Source of the DNA: Eledone cirrhosa
Lineage: Eukaryota
DNA: 64,000 bases
NCBI GenBank assembly: GCA_964016885.1
Contig: OZ024742.1
Span: forward strand, 294,996,001 to 295,060,000
Reading direction: 5' to 3'
The notes beneath the pieces are model-generated. The model searched no databases and was not told the origin of the DNA. It saw nothing but the letters and a program-made list of their open reading frames with translations. Numbering within the stretch: position 1 is the stretch's first letter; every line of letters starts with the position of its first letter. Both the position numbers and the translations under genes were made by a program. Below are positions 1 through 12,724 of the stretch, piece by piece.

Positions 1-253
1 TACATGTATTCATACATCTTTGTTGTTCTCTTCAGCATTTTAAATATGATTTTTTGCTCTGCTTATTATACGATTGTTAAACTATCTCTCTTGCCATCTA
101 ATCGCATGGCTTGCTAGTCTAACAACCTATATGCATTGAGCATACTAACCTTCTTTATACTGGCTAGTAATCTGCATAACTAATCACCTTTCTCTCCTCT
201 TGATTAGCTTATTTGCTTTTTACCTTGTGTATATCTATATATATATATATATT

Positions 254-1568
254 TAGGGCGGGTAAAATTCCCGAGATCTGTGGACAAGTTCTCTCCAGCG
301 GTCTCTGTTCCTCTTCATTGCTGCCATGTCCTGCGTCTCCAAGAGACCCGTGTCTGTCATTAGGGCATCAACATATGTCAACCTCGGTCTCCCTCTTCCA
401 GTGTGTCCATGCAGGGGCTCCCACAGGAGCACTTAGTGCAGTGTCAACTCTGGCTGTCGGTGAACATGTCCAGCTAACTTCAGTCTCCTCTGTGCTACTC
501 TTGAGCTGACTTTTGGGAGGCTCCCGTACAGCTCTGAGTTCTTCATCTTCAGTGTATACTGATTAATATTCAGAGCCATCCTCAGCATTCTCGTGTAGCA
601 CCCATCCACCATCTGAGTGAGTTTCTTGGTCAGTGTCCAAGTCTCAGATCCATCCAACAGCAACAAAGAGACGGATCTTCAGGTCTTTATAAGGTCCGAC
701 TTCCACACCGATCTCAAACTGTGGCACGCTGCCCAGACTTTGCTCTTCCTCTTGACCACAGCATCTTCTGTATTCCCTATCTTTGCTCCCAGATACAGGA
801 AGTTCTCAACTAATTCTAGCGGCTTCCCGCCTACATTAGTAATCTTCTCTGGCTTCTTAATATTCTCTACCAGATACTTCGTCTTAATTTCATTCATTCT
901 CAGCTCCACACTCATCGATACAGTCTCCACCTCCTGCATCAACTCCTCTGCCTCCTTCACTGTGTTTGTCACCAGAACTATGTCATCGGCAAATTCAGCA
1001 CCTGATATCTTTTTCGCCTTAACTCTCCTGCTCTGAGCCAGTGTTACAGTAAACCCAGAATCCTGGTGTTTCTCCAGCGCAAGAGAAAGGAGTTGCCCCG
1101 AATCTGTGGAGGATCAGTAACATCATCCCAGTGCCAAAGAAGGGAGATCTCTCTAACACCAACAACTACCGGGGGATCTCACTGACATCACTTGTGGCAA
1201 AGAACCTCAACAGGATGATTCTTAACAGGATCCAGCCTGAGATGGAGAAGAAGCTCACGGACAACCAGAATCGCTTCAGAGAGGAAAGATCAACCACCAG
1301 TCACATCCTGATGTTGAGGAGGATATTAGAGGGAGCTAGAGCAAAGAGCCTTCCCACAGTCATGGTTTTCATTGACTTTAGGAAGGTCTTTGATTCTGTG
1401 GACTGTCACTGTCTGATGAAGATCTTACAGGCTTATGGAATCCCCAAGAAGATAGTGGACCTGCTCTACACCAACACCAAAGCCCAAGTCATTACACCTG
1501 ATGGGATGACGGAGTTCTTTGAGATACTGGCTGGAGTGCTCCAGGGAGATACATTGGCTCCCTACCTG
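254..1568 (-). mobile_element. RTE-group LINE, 5'-truncated, with inverted 5' segment
   Basis: Minus strand ~1082->254 reads LALEKH..AEFADDIVLVTN..FLYLGA..GSETWTLTK..RRLKLAGH (RT end/thumb). Plus strand 1083-1568 reads PKKGDLS..NYRGISL..FIDFRKVFDS..GVLQGDTLAPYL (preceding RT part). Frameshifted. Confidence 0.85.
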
Positions 1569-1789
1569 TAATATGTCCAATAAATTCCTTTCGTCGCAAC
1601 ACGGATTCTCTTTTTTTCTGTGACATCATACTCTACTCTATGAGGGCATCAAGTGCTCATACGGCCTACCGCATACGGACGCTTTAAGTATCCAACACCA
1701 ATTATCATCATCATCATCCTCGTTTAACGTCCACTTTCCACGCTAGCATGGGTTAGCAGCTAGTATCCATATATATATATATATGTATA

Positions 1790-2922
1790 CTAGCTGCAGT
1801 ATCAGGTAATACCCAGGAAAGGTGAGGTTATTCGCAGTTCCCCGAGTGTGCCTGAAAATGCTAGCGACCCTGGGTGCTTATACTGGATTTTCAATAGCAG
1901 CCTTTGCTAGGTGTGTTTATAGCAGATCAATTTTTTGTGTGGAACTATCAATAGCTGTTTAAATCATAAATCCCTCTTTCATCCAGCTTTCTTCATTCAG
2001 AGTGAATAAGCTGGGGAAGTTTGAGCTCGAAGAGTATAGAACTTATTCAACAAACTTATGTATAAGAATAGCAAACATACTGCCTTAGCGCTCAAGAACA
2101 AACACAGAACAATTGAGAAAGTCATCGCAATTATTGAAGAAATTATAACTGAGTGAACATATTCAGGTACTGTTCAAACACCCTGTATATCACCGTTTGT
2201 AAACCCCTTCGAATGACTGAAGCAATTCAATAAAACTATCCCGTTTTTCCCCTATAGTAGACATAACCCGAGAAAACATACCATAATAAGTCGGATAAAC
2301 AATCAGAAGTGTTGGCCCTAAAGAGGGCCTTGTAACGTTCACTGTTGCAAAGTGTCAATAATGGGGGAAAAGTTACATCTTCTTAATTCGTCTCAATCTT
2401 CCCACGATCCGACACCTCGAAATATCGACAAAATAAACTCTACTCTCAAAGATGGCATTTTACAATTAACATGCCGGGAGAATGAATATTCGTCAACATA
2501 GGATTCGGGTTTTATTCTTCGGATTAATCTCATGGTAATATATATACAGAGACATCTGTTCAGTCATCAACCAAAATTAAATTGTCATTTGCTTTGTTTG
2601 AAATTTCTTTATGGATATTTCTAATAAGTTGTTGCCTCGTTTTGGAACACTGAGTTGTGGGAGGAGGAAGGGGAGTAGTGGGAGGGAGGGTTTAACATAC
2701 AGTAGTAGTATCTCCTCTTCCCCCTCTCTCACTGAAATGTCTTCTATTTCCTTCTCCATTGTAAAGATGTCCCCAGGGGTTCCATTATTGATTTCTAATT
2801 AGCCAGTCCTGTTTCTGATTATTAGCTTAACATGTGTGCAAAGTTTCATCAGGATTGGATCACTGGTGTAGGCGTCAACTGGTTATACACAGACAGACAG
2901 AAATTGCCATTTATATAGTAGA
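1790..2922 (-). mobile_element. Non-autonomous Helitron
   Basis: Minus strand starts A|TCTACTATATAAATGGCAATTTCTGTCTGTCTG and ends with a degenerate hairpin then GCTAG|T: Helitron TC...CTAG ends in an AT site, no TSD. Confidence 0.65.
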
Positions 2923-4032
2923 TATATATCATCCAAAATAATATGCCATGTCTGCACCTCTTTAAAATTTACACACACAGACATAAGCGCACATGCATAC
3001 ATACACATAATGCATTTCGTATCTCATTCTTTTCGCTTATTATTTGTAGGTTTTATTTATTCAGATTTCTCTCATATCCAATAAGGATCATCATGGCAGG
3101 TCTGTCACCAGGGTGTTATTACTGATGGGGGGGGGGGGGGGGGATTAAACCAGTTGAGAGGGTATCAAGCCCAAAGTGTGGCCTGCTGGTAGAAATGCAT
3201 TTTCTCACATTAAAATTACGGGGTGTCTGAGGGGAAGAGATTAGTAAGGGTCCATTTTCCCCCATGGTGATTGGCCTGCATCATGGACTGCATGTCCTGT
3301 TAACTCTTAGCCTCCTATACATACATGGGGTAGAGTATGTCATGGTAGATTTGTTCAGGATCATGCCTGTCTGTTATCATCAATCAAACCACTGCCAACA
3401 AACATCAGCCAAAATCTTCAAATCTGTATTTAGCAGAGTTATGGGCCAAAAATTATCAATTAGTCCTCCTTGTTTCGGTCCTTTCTCAGCAATGCCACCA
3501 TTTCTCAGTTTACAAAACTGGGAATGTTCCCATTCTGCTGCCAGTTGCAGTAGAGATCTGCCAAGAGGTTGCTGAACATGTCTGGTAGATAAGCATAAGG
3601 CTTGTAGGAAAGACCATCCAAACCAGGTGATTTGCCCCTTGTACAGTTACTCATCGCTTCCTGTATTTCTGCTCTGATGGCACACGGTTGATGATATGAC
3701 TACTGTGTTTGTGGCACTGGCAATAGTGATGACATTCTACCTATCCTCACTCACTGTGGGTAGAAGACACTTAAGTGAGTCACAGTACCACATATGTGAC
3801 ACTTGGCCTTCTGCACTTTACTGTCACCAGGAAAAGGGAGCTGTTCAATAAATCAATCAGGTCAGAGATGAACTCTGATTCACTCCTGATTGTTTTGGAT
3901 GTTAAACTCCAAGTCTATCTCTGACCAGTTTTCTTTGTGTATACTGTAGGCCTCTAGGGTTCTGACATTCTGCACCTTTCAGCTAAAATGGCCACCACCT
4001 ACCACGGATCATTATTTTAAGCAGCACTGCCA

Positions 4033-4215
4033 GCGGTGGATTGGCAGTATCGGTAGAGGGTCGGACGCCATGCTTTCCAGCATAGTTACGTCCCTTTACG
4101 ATCTGAGTTCAAATCCCGCCAAGGTTGACTTTGCCTTTCATCCTTGCGGGGTCGATAAAATAAAGTAACAGTAATGCACTGGGTAATTGCTGGCCTTGTG
4201 CCTAAAGTAGAAACA
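4033..4215 (+). mobile_element. tRNA-derived SINE, family A
   Basis: Box A-like TGGCAGTATCGG, box B-like GAGTTCAAATCCC, body ..GGGGTCGATAAAATAAAGT.. shared by many copies here; 17-bp TSD ATTATTTTAAGCAGCAC at 4011-4027 and 4216-4232. Confidence 0.85.
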
Positions 4216-6174
4216 ATTATTTTAAGCAGCACATGGATGATCCTTAATTTTGCCTCAGCTTCCATGACGAACCTTGTCCTCAGAGGCATATTTCCCATTA
4301 AGTATTGTGTTCTCAAACAAGTCCAAGTAACTTCTGTATTCAGACCTCACTTGTTCTTCCTACCCTATGCGATTTTACTCCAATGCAGAGGTATATGACT
4401 CTGCATCCCAATGTATGTTCTGCTGTTTGAAATCGAGTGGTAAATGTCCATCCTGCTCTGCCAAAGACCAAATTGTGACTTTGTTACCACACTGTGTCAC
4501 TGATTCCTGGGGCCATTGGACAGTTTTTGTTCTCTTGAGTCTCAATGCCTTGGCTCTGAAAATGGAACCTCTCGCATACATGCCTCTGTTGGTTATATGA
4601 ATAGAATGAAGTTAAACTGGGACAAATTTCACCCAGAGCTAAATTATTTCACAGAAAAACAATTATGCCAATAAGCAACGTATGTCGAATGTAAAAATAA
4701 CATTGTTCAAAACAATTATGAGATATTTCCAAAGGAATGAAAACTCCGCACTACACAAACATTCTCCTAGATCTGATGTGCAATGAACAGATATCACAAC
4801 AGACTGTTCTCCTGCTACTATGTTACATAAAACTCTAACTGTTCATCATGATATATGATCATTCTCTTAAAACACACATGCCAACAACAGACTTTACCCC
4901 TACTGCTATGTTATCTTGCAGTCACGTTGACCGTCAACATCAAAATGTCATCAACTATAATAAGCTGGGAAAGTACAAATCTATCCTTAGTAAAATGGTA
5001 AAAAAAGAAGATTAATTAATGTTTAAAACAGTTAAAGAGACCTTACATGCTATTACCTAAGATGAATATTTATGGCAGATTACTGTCCCTACATTTTGTC
5101 AAATTAGTGCTTGTCTATATGCCTTAGCAATGACTGTACTGCATTATCTTGGTGATACTACAGATATAAAGAGACAACACAACATAAAAATGGGGAAAAA
5201 AAGATTGTTGCCACACAAAAAACTATTGGCCACGTGGCAATGATTATCACATACAAACAAAAACAAAACTACACTTTTCACCAACAAAGAGTGAAAAGTC
5301 AAATAGAAATGATGTTTGGAGATAGTAAAAATAGAACTATTGAATACAAATTAATCACATCTCAAACAAGAGCTGTCAGTAGGAAACTCTAGTATCAGAA
5401 GTGAATAGCTTAAAAAGAAATTGTTAATAAGAATTCATCTAGGATGCATCACTTTACTCCTATCCTCCCCCTTCTATACACCTCCCACACCTTAACATTC
5501 CACCCCTATCCTAATACCCCACCCTTCACCCACGCCCTTACACCCCTATTCCAGTCCATACTGTAAAATGGTCTTTCGGGTGCCAGGGGTAAAAGCACCC
5601 AGTCCACAAAGTTTTAATAAGTACGAAAGAAAAAGACTGTGATCCTGTCAGGGAAGTTGCCATGCTCCTCAATATGTAGAAAGAGAGTAAATAGGAACAT
5701 TATATGATGTGCATAATGTAAAGTATGAGAACACAAAAGATATTAGGCTAGTAGTTAGGCTATCAAAGGGGCAAATGTACAGGAATTGTGGGTATTAAGA
5801 GCATCAGTGAAATTAACTTTTTCCAATCTCAGGAAAGTTCCATAGTTCCATAGTTGATAGTTTCTTTTACTTAGGAGCCCTAATTAGCAGTGGAAGTGGC
5901 TGGTCTCAATGCATAGTAGCTACAATAAGAACAGGCGAGAAAACGTTTAGGGCACTTCAACCTCTGTTGACAAGAGAGGGCTTTTTTCAATAGTGAACAG
6001 TAGATTATATGATGACCTCATGAGAAGTGTAAAGTTGTATGTCAGTGGGACATGGGTGGTAAATGCAGAAGAAACTTGGAGGTTGGAGAGAAAGGAAGCA
6101 AGCATGCTCCATTGGATGAGTTAGCATGAATGAATGATAGAGTATGGATGAGCTGAAAGAAAAACTGGGTATAA

Positions 6175-6530
6175 AAACCCTGAACACCTTTTTGATTCCA
6201 TGTGTCTAACACACATGGGCATGCCTACAAAATCAGGAAACAGCACAGCTCCAATGACTTACGGAAACATTTCTTCATGCTCAGAGTTGCTGAAGCATGG
6301 AACAAACTACCTGCATCAGTTGTTAGCTGTCAAGACACTGCATCCTTTAAAACCTCCATGCTTCCTGAAATTCACCAACACACCTGATATTCCCCCTCCA
6401 TACACACGTACCAATGTATATCATGATTTATACACTATTAACTTTCCTGACATTTGTACATTATTCTATATACTATACATGCACCTTTGATGAGTTGTAG
6501 TGCACCTGAGCACTGTACACAATATTATTA
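6175..6530 (+). mobile_element. CR1/L2-group LINE 3' fragment
   Basis: SNTHGHAYKIRKQHSSNDLRKHFFMLRVAEAWNKLP (CR1-type C-terminus) and a 3' UTR shared with 11190-11950. Confidence 0.8.
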
Positions 6531-6710
6531 TAGATGTAGTGTGTAAGAGAGAAACTGAGCAAGTATGGACATGTTTTGTATATGGATGATGAACACAAGA
6601 TGAAGAAGTGGACATGTGTTGTATATGGATGATGAACACAAGATGAAGAAGTGGTTAGAGCTGATTTGAAAATGTTGAACTTCACAATGGAGATGATGAG
6701 GGAATGTTAT

Positions 6711-6905
6711 GGGCAGTGGATTGGCAGTATCGGTAGAGCATCAGACACCATGCTTTGCAGCAGAGTTGTGGCCCTTTGCGTTCTGAGTTCAAATCCCACC
6801 GAGGTTAACTTTGCTTTCATCCTTACGAGGTCGATAAAGTAAAGCACCAGTAATGCACTAGGGTGGGGTAATTGCTGGCCTTGTGCCAAAAGTAGAAACA
6901 ATTAT
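6711..6905 (+). mobile_element. tRNA-derived SINE, family A
   Basis: Same head, body and tail as 4033-4215. Confidence 0.8.
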
Positions 6906-8384
6906 GAGAGGACATAGGCTGTACTAGGAAGAACCTGGAGAGATCTTATGGGCAAGACCAACTGGCAGGAGACCCAGGAGTAAACCCCGAGCAAGATGAT
7001 TGGATAACATCCATGAGCTTGGCTGGTCTCCCTTTGTTATGCTACGTTTTCGCAAACAAGCATTTAACGTGCTACCACTACAAGTATCTACACCGCCAAC
7101 CCCACTACCATCAACACCACAACAATCACTACACACACAAACAACATCCCAAACAAAACCTAACCCACACCCGCAACAACAAAAAGATACAAACATCACA
7201 CACTACACAGCAATAAACACTAACAACACAAAACTAATGAACTATTTGCAGCACAACACCACAATTAAGTGAAAAGATTTTATTACACCCAAACAAATCA
7301 CACTTCCTACAAACATACAAGTCATACAAATCACATACACACACCTAAAAACAACATTCTATGATTCTATTGGAGACTTCCGAGGAAGATTCTCCAAAAG
7401 AACCTATACAGAAATTTCGACACATGAGCCCACAACCAGCCAGAAGGACAGAACAACTGCCCCTCCCCACCACCCAAATCCTGGATGCAGAAAGTAAGTC
7501 TTTGTACTGGATGTGACCAGCAGGGAAGAGCATGCCTTGTTCTTACCAGATGTGACAATTTTTTTTATTCTTTCATTGTTTTATTCTTTTACTGGTTTAA
7601 GTAAACATTGACTTCACAAATTCTAAAAATATATTATACATTTCATTTAAACTGTTCTTATTGGAAATTTGAAAACATTTGTCATCTTTCATAAAGGTAT
7701 TCTGGAGAGTGCATTAGCCTCACCATCACTTGTGACAATACTGTGAGTGTATTGGCTTATCTGAAAATGTTTAGTTACCCTTTATGATGTGATTGTTGCA
7801 CTTTATGGTGAACCCCTCCCAAACCGTTTTTTTTCTCCTTTTTTCTCCCTATATATTATGTGTTTGTGTTTTTGTTCTGTAAACATTATATTATATTTTT
7901 ATACAACTGTGAATAAAATTATCAATTATCATCTTACTAGTTTTGAACCTATTTATGTCTAAAACAATTACTTATTTATATTATTTATATTCATAACACT
8001 GTATCCTCAGTTCAAATATCGCTTAATTCAAATTTATTATTAGTTTTACACGATTGATAAAATTATTATTCATTTTAAATTAGGGAGCATCCAAATGATT
8101 AGAAAATCTGGCATTTCTTGTTTCTAGTCAAATCTAAATGATTTGTTAATCTTCAAGTGAGGAGATACGAAAATAAGGCATACACAGAAGATAGAATGTA
8201 TAAAATACTGTGATACTGTCTAGCTAACGTTGATTAAAACATTTCGATTTATGATATGACAGAAAGAAAAACATTAAAAAAAGAAAAGAAGTATAAAAAA
8301 GCAATATGATCCACTTTTAAGTTAAAATTCTCCCTTTCAAATAATTGTATAGTAATGATACTAGAATATATCTTCATTGCTTTA

Positions 8385-8411
8385 TGTATTCTATATTTAT
8401 TTTATTTGCAG
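8385..8411 (+). promoter_or_regulatory. Putative splice acceptor of the coding exon (copy at 20986-21012)
   Basis: T-rich tract then TTTATTTGCAG, 19 nt before GCC-ATG; in-frame TAA at 8413-8415 supports ATG 8431 as the start. Confidence 0.6.
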
Positions 8412-8430
8412 ATAACAAAATACAGTTGCC

Positions 8431-10656
8431 ATGCAGATTAATACAACAACAGCCAGTTCTCTTATCTCTCTTATATTTACACTGATGTTACTAAATATAG
8501 ATGCAAAAAAACTTGAAAATTGTAGTCTTGAAATTTCTCCCAATGTCATTAAAATGTTATCAGATTTAGTAAATCAAGGAAAACAGGTTTTTAATTTTGA
8601 AGTTCATTTATCTGATAAAAACCTTGATAGGCTTCTCAAACCTATACCAATGGATTATTTTGCAAATGCAAGACATTTCACGTGGATTCCAAATAAATCA
8701 GGCAGTTTAATGGCCTGTAAAAAATTATCCTATGACTTTGAAGTTTACACTTTTCATTTATTAGATGATTACATAGCTACTAAAAAGATTGACATTCTTA
8801 TAAGTTGTGGAAAAGAAAATATTCAGAGACATGATATAATATATTTGATTTTTGAGGAACTGAAGAAGATTGTATTTATTGATAAATCAAATATGGGAGA
8901 ATCTGGACACATGTGTTTTCTTATAAATTTATCAGATGACTTCAAGAAGAAAAACCCTTCTGCATTCAAAACATATAGAAGACTTGGTATGAATCGAGAG
9001 ATATTAAAAAAATATTGCTGTGAATTAAATAAAAATGAAAACTATGTTTATCACCCAAAATCTATATGTTCTGGAAATATTATTCAAAATAGTATGTTTT
9101 TGAATTATTCAAATATTGTTGGAGCAATTTTATGGGCTTTTTTACCATTGTTTATTACTTTTGTAACAAAGGCTAAATTACCTTTGAAATTTTATAAATC
9201 TACCAAGGAAAAAGGTATTAATGGTGATTTTCAGTGTATCATTGAAAACAAATATCCATCTGAATTTGAATGGGTAAATGAAAATCATAATATTTACAGT
9301 TTCAATCAATTTCTAGCTTGGCTATTTTGTTTCCACCATTCTACTCTCTTTGCATCAAGACTTAGAAGATTCTTTGTTCTCATTTTTTCTCTTTCAGTAA
9401 TTTTCTTCGATCTTTTAATGCAATATTTTTTGTTGCATGATACATTAAAAATAATTTTACTTGATAAAATTCCATTAGGTTTTCGTTCCCTAATATTTGG
9501 AATTGAAGAGAGCTATAAAAGCACAGATGGCTTTTTGGGGGGACCTTTTGTTTGGTTCATCATCTACATATTTTGTAACTTTATTTTCTTTATCCTTCCC
9601 AGTTATTTGAGTGAGACTCTTGCTTATGGTACATTACATCAAAGACCCACTTGTACTTTTCTCATACAACCTATTGAATTCTTAGAGAAGTATGGTAATT
9701 TAAATGTTTCTAAAGAAAATAACTATGATCAACTCTATGCAATAATGAAAGCTAATATTTTGACTGCTATAAATCCAAACTTCTGGCATTTAATCATTTC
9801 TACCTGGATTAAACGTATACATAACATATGGTCATATTACTATAAAAGAAATATTTTTTGTCAATATATAATACTTTGGTTCTTTATTGTAATTACAGTT
9901 ATATTTGCTGTATTTTCTGTCTGTGAATTACTTCTATGTCTTGTCTATTATGGAATACCAATTGTTTATTTGATATTGACTTTACCATTAAGTTATTTCA
10001 AAGTTTATATTTTACCTTTATATATGAATCCTAAATGTATTTTTAAGATCACTGCTGTAATTTTTATATTGGTATCACTGCCATTATATATATCATGGTT
10101 TTTATATTCAATCTTCATATTTTTAGTAAGTTTTCAACTGTTGTGCAACTATATGTTTACAACAGCTATAGCAATACTTGTTAAACCTGATACTGTTGGT
10201 CACATATGGTTTGTGGCCATGTTTTTTGTCTATGGTATGGCGATTATAAATGCTATTGAGAAACAGTACCATTCAGTAATAGCTCAGTCTATAAAGTTAA
10301 CTAAAGATATATATCCAAATTTAGTTCAGTCAAAATATGGAGAAGAATTTATAGATGCCAAGTTATTAAAAACAATTATTAGCTCTCATTTTCCTTTGAG
10401 ATATGAAATTGGTAAATCCATTCTGAAATTATTTCTAATTTTATCATTTTTATTTGCTTGTAATAATATAATAAATCAAAATGGTTTGAACTTATCAACA
10501 TTTACAAAGATGACTCTTATATTAATGTCATCTTTTATACCAAAATTATTGACAATAATTAACACTAAATTTGGTTTTTCTATATCAATGTCAGATAAAA
10601 TTACTGAAACCATACATGAATATAAGGAAGAAAATATATCACTGGTCAGTTATTAA
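8431..10656 (+). CDS. Uncharacterised multi-pass membrane protein, 741 aa (copy 1)
   Basis: Uninterrupted 2.2-kb ORF in very AT-rich DNA; signal peptide-like N-terminus, ~200-aa Cys/NxS-containing domain, then about 9-11 hydrophobic segments; no transposon motifs; family not recognised. Confidence 0.88.
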   Translation: MQINTTTASSLISLIFTLMLLNIDAKKLENCSLEISPNVIKMLSDLVNQGKQVFNFEVHLSDKNLDRLLKPIPMDYFANARHFTWIPNKSGSLMACKKLSYDFEVYTFHLLDDYIATKKIDILISCGKENIQRHDIIYLIFEELKKIVFIDKSNMGESGHMCFLINLSDDFKKKNPSAFKTYRRLGMNREILKKYCCELNKNENYVYHPKSICSGNIIQNSMFLNYSNIVGAILWAFLPLFITFVTKAKLPLKFYKSTKEKGINGDFQCIIENKYPSEFEWVNENHNIYSFNQFLAWLFCFHHSTLFASRLRRFFVLIFSLSVIFFDLLMQYFLLHDTLKIILLDKIPLGFRSLIFGIEESYKSTDGFLGGPFVWFIIYIFCNFIFFILPSYLSETLAYGTLHQRPTCTFLIQPIEFLEKYGNLNVSKENNYDQLYAIMKANILTAINPNFWHLIISTWIKRIHNIWSYYYKRNIFCQYIILWFFIVITVIFAVFSVCELLLCLVYYGIPIVYLILTLPLSYFKVYILPLYMNPKCIFKITAVIFILVSLPLYISWFLYSIFIFLVSFQLLCNYMFTTAIAILVKPDTVGHIWFVAMFFVYGMAIINAIEKQYHSVIAQSIKLTKDIYPNLVQSKYGEEFIDAKLLKTIISSHFPLRYEIGKSILKLFLILSFLFACNNIINQNGLNLSTFTKMTLILMSSFIPKLLTIINTKFGFSISMSDKITETIHEYKEENISLVSY

Positions 10657-10781
10657 TTTACTATTTTTTTTTATGTTCAAAACATTATTTTCTTGAACTA
10701 CATTTTATGAATTGGATAATATATGCATGCACACGTATAAAGCTAAACAAATTCAGGAATACAATTTTACCCTAATGTTAA

Positions 10782-10961
10782 ATAATTGTTTCTACTTTTG
10801 GCACAAGGCCAGCAATTACCCAGTTCATTACTGGTACTTTATTTTATCGATCCCGTAAGGATGAAAGGCAAAGTTAACCTCGGCGGGATTTGAACTCAGA
10901 ATGGAAAGGGCCGTAACTCTATGCGTCAAAGCATGGCGTCCGACCCTCTACCGATACTGCC
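10782..10961 (-). mobile_element. tRNA-derived SINE, family A (copy at 23383-23562)
   Basis: Reverse complement of the family A sequence. Confidence 0.8.
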
Positions 10962-11017
10962 ATATTAAATAATATTACAAATGATGTAGTGTATTTTATT
11001 TCCATACAACAAATATG

Positions 11018-11990
11018 GAGGCACATGGCTTAGTGGTTAGAGCATTGGGTTTGCAATCGAAAGGTTGTGAGTTCAATTCTCAGACCGGGTGATGTGTTGT
11101 TTCCTTGAGCAAGACACGACGACAGCGACGAACGCTGTGCGCGTTTGTAACCCGACTCCCGGGTGCGACCTGCGATCGCGGCCTCAGTTGCATGTATTTA
11201 AAACTGTATACAGCTATGGTACGACCACACTTGGAATTCGCATCATCAGTCTGGAACCCCTATCTTGCTCAGAACATTGACCTCCTGGAAACTGTTCAGA
11301 GACGTGCAACCAAGCGCATACCCTCCATCAGGCACCTACCATACTCTGAACGCCTTGCTTCCCTGGGCATGGATTCATTGAAGCTCCGACGTCTGGCAAT
11401 GGACTTGGTGAATACCCACAAAGTTTTTAACCATCTCGCCAATTGCAACCCTGAGCGCCTCTATGATCTCCATGTGTCTAACACACGTGGACATGCCTAC
11501 AAGATCAGAAAACAGCACAGCTCCCATGACTTTCGTAGACATTTTTTCACGCTCAGAGTTGCTGAAGCATGGAACAAACTGCCTGCGCCAATTGTTAGCT
11601 GCCGAGACACTGCATACTTTAAGACACTCATGCTTCCCGAAATACACCAAAACTACACCTGATGTACCCCTTCCATACACATGCACACATGTGTGTATCA
11701 TGACTCGTGCACTGTTCATTTTACTGATGTTTGTGCATTGTCCTATGTACTGTACATGCACTTTTTTGATGAGTTGTGGTGCACCTGGGCACTGTACACA
11801 ATATTTCATTATTGTTATTGTTATTATATCATGACTCGTGCACTGTTCATTTTCCTGACATTTGTACATTATTCTATGTACTATACATGCACCTTTGATG
11901 AGTTGTAGTGCACCTGAGCACTGTACACAATAATTTCATTATTATTATTATTATATTATTTCACATTGCTCCAGTTTACTCAGCTGTAGA
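11018..11990 (+). mobile_element. tRNA-derived SINE family B interrupted by a CR1-group fragment (copy at 23619-24591)
   Basis: SINE head TGGCTTAGTGGTTAG..GAGTTCAATTCTC..CCTTGAGCAAGACAC (11018-11117) resumes as TTCACATTGCTCCAG at ~11960. The insert encodes LYTAMVRPHLEFASSVWNPY..LETVQRRATKRIP..AWNKLP, has a ~130-bp duplicated 3' UTR and an (ATT)n tail. Confidence 0.85.
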
Positions 11991-12724
11991 AATTTGATGA
12001 TAGGACTGGAGTCCCTATCATTCGACTGTAAAGTGGAACAGCCAAGCGCCTTTTTTTCGAACTCACCAAGAATAGTGCTGAACCAAATTTGTTGGAATAT
12101 AGCACATATATAAATTAAGTAGGGTGGTGAATAATAGGAGAAATATCCGTATTACAGAACTATATAAACTTTCAAAGACCATATTTAAGTCCTTATTTTA
12201 AAGTTGTTTCGACTTTTATGTTGCTCGAAATTTATTTCAGTTGTTTTTACAAAGAAGTAAAAATAATTTTCATCGTCATCTACCATCTACATATTGTAAA
12301 TCGTTTATCCGAAATACTTGGGGCTGGAATTGTTTTGGATTTCGTATTCAGATTATTAAATATTTTTCTACAGTATCTATTAAATGGGACAGCTTGAAGA
12401 TGGAACACAACTCAAAGCACGATATCTATTTCATAATACAGCTTATACATAAGATATTATTTTTTAATTACATATACCTTGAAGTTAGGGCTTTGTGGTA
12501 TTTCCCGTTTGTCGGGAGTTATTTTCAGCGCTAGAAAAACTTTCTGATTTTGGAATTTCGGATGAAGGAATCTTGTATTATAAAATAAACAGAATAGTCT
12601 TATGAAAGTGATCTCCCCTTTAATATAAATATACTCTCTCAATATGATTTTATTTTGTTTAATATGCAAAAATCGATATTGAGAAAGAATGATGAAGATG
12701 ATGATATTACATATAATTGTGTTA

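Noticed and set aside
4230-4600. Possible decayed LINE C-terminus (also 7040-7560)
   Set aside because: No diagnostic motif could be read with confidence.
8431-10656. Calling the 741-aa protein a GPCR, chemotactile receptor or gustatory receptor
   Set aside because: No family signature is visible; assignment needs profile or structure searches.
11018-11090. tRNA-like sequence with A and B boxes
   Set aside because: Head of a SINE with another copy at 58045-58183; no convincing cloverleaf.
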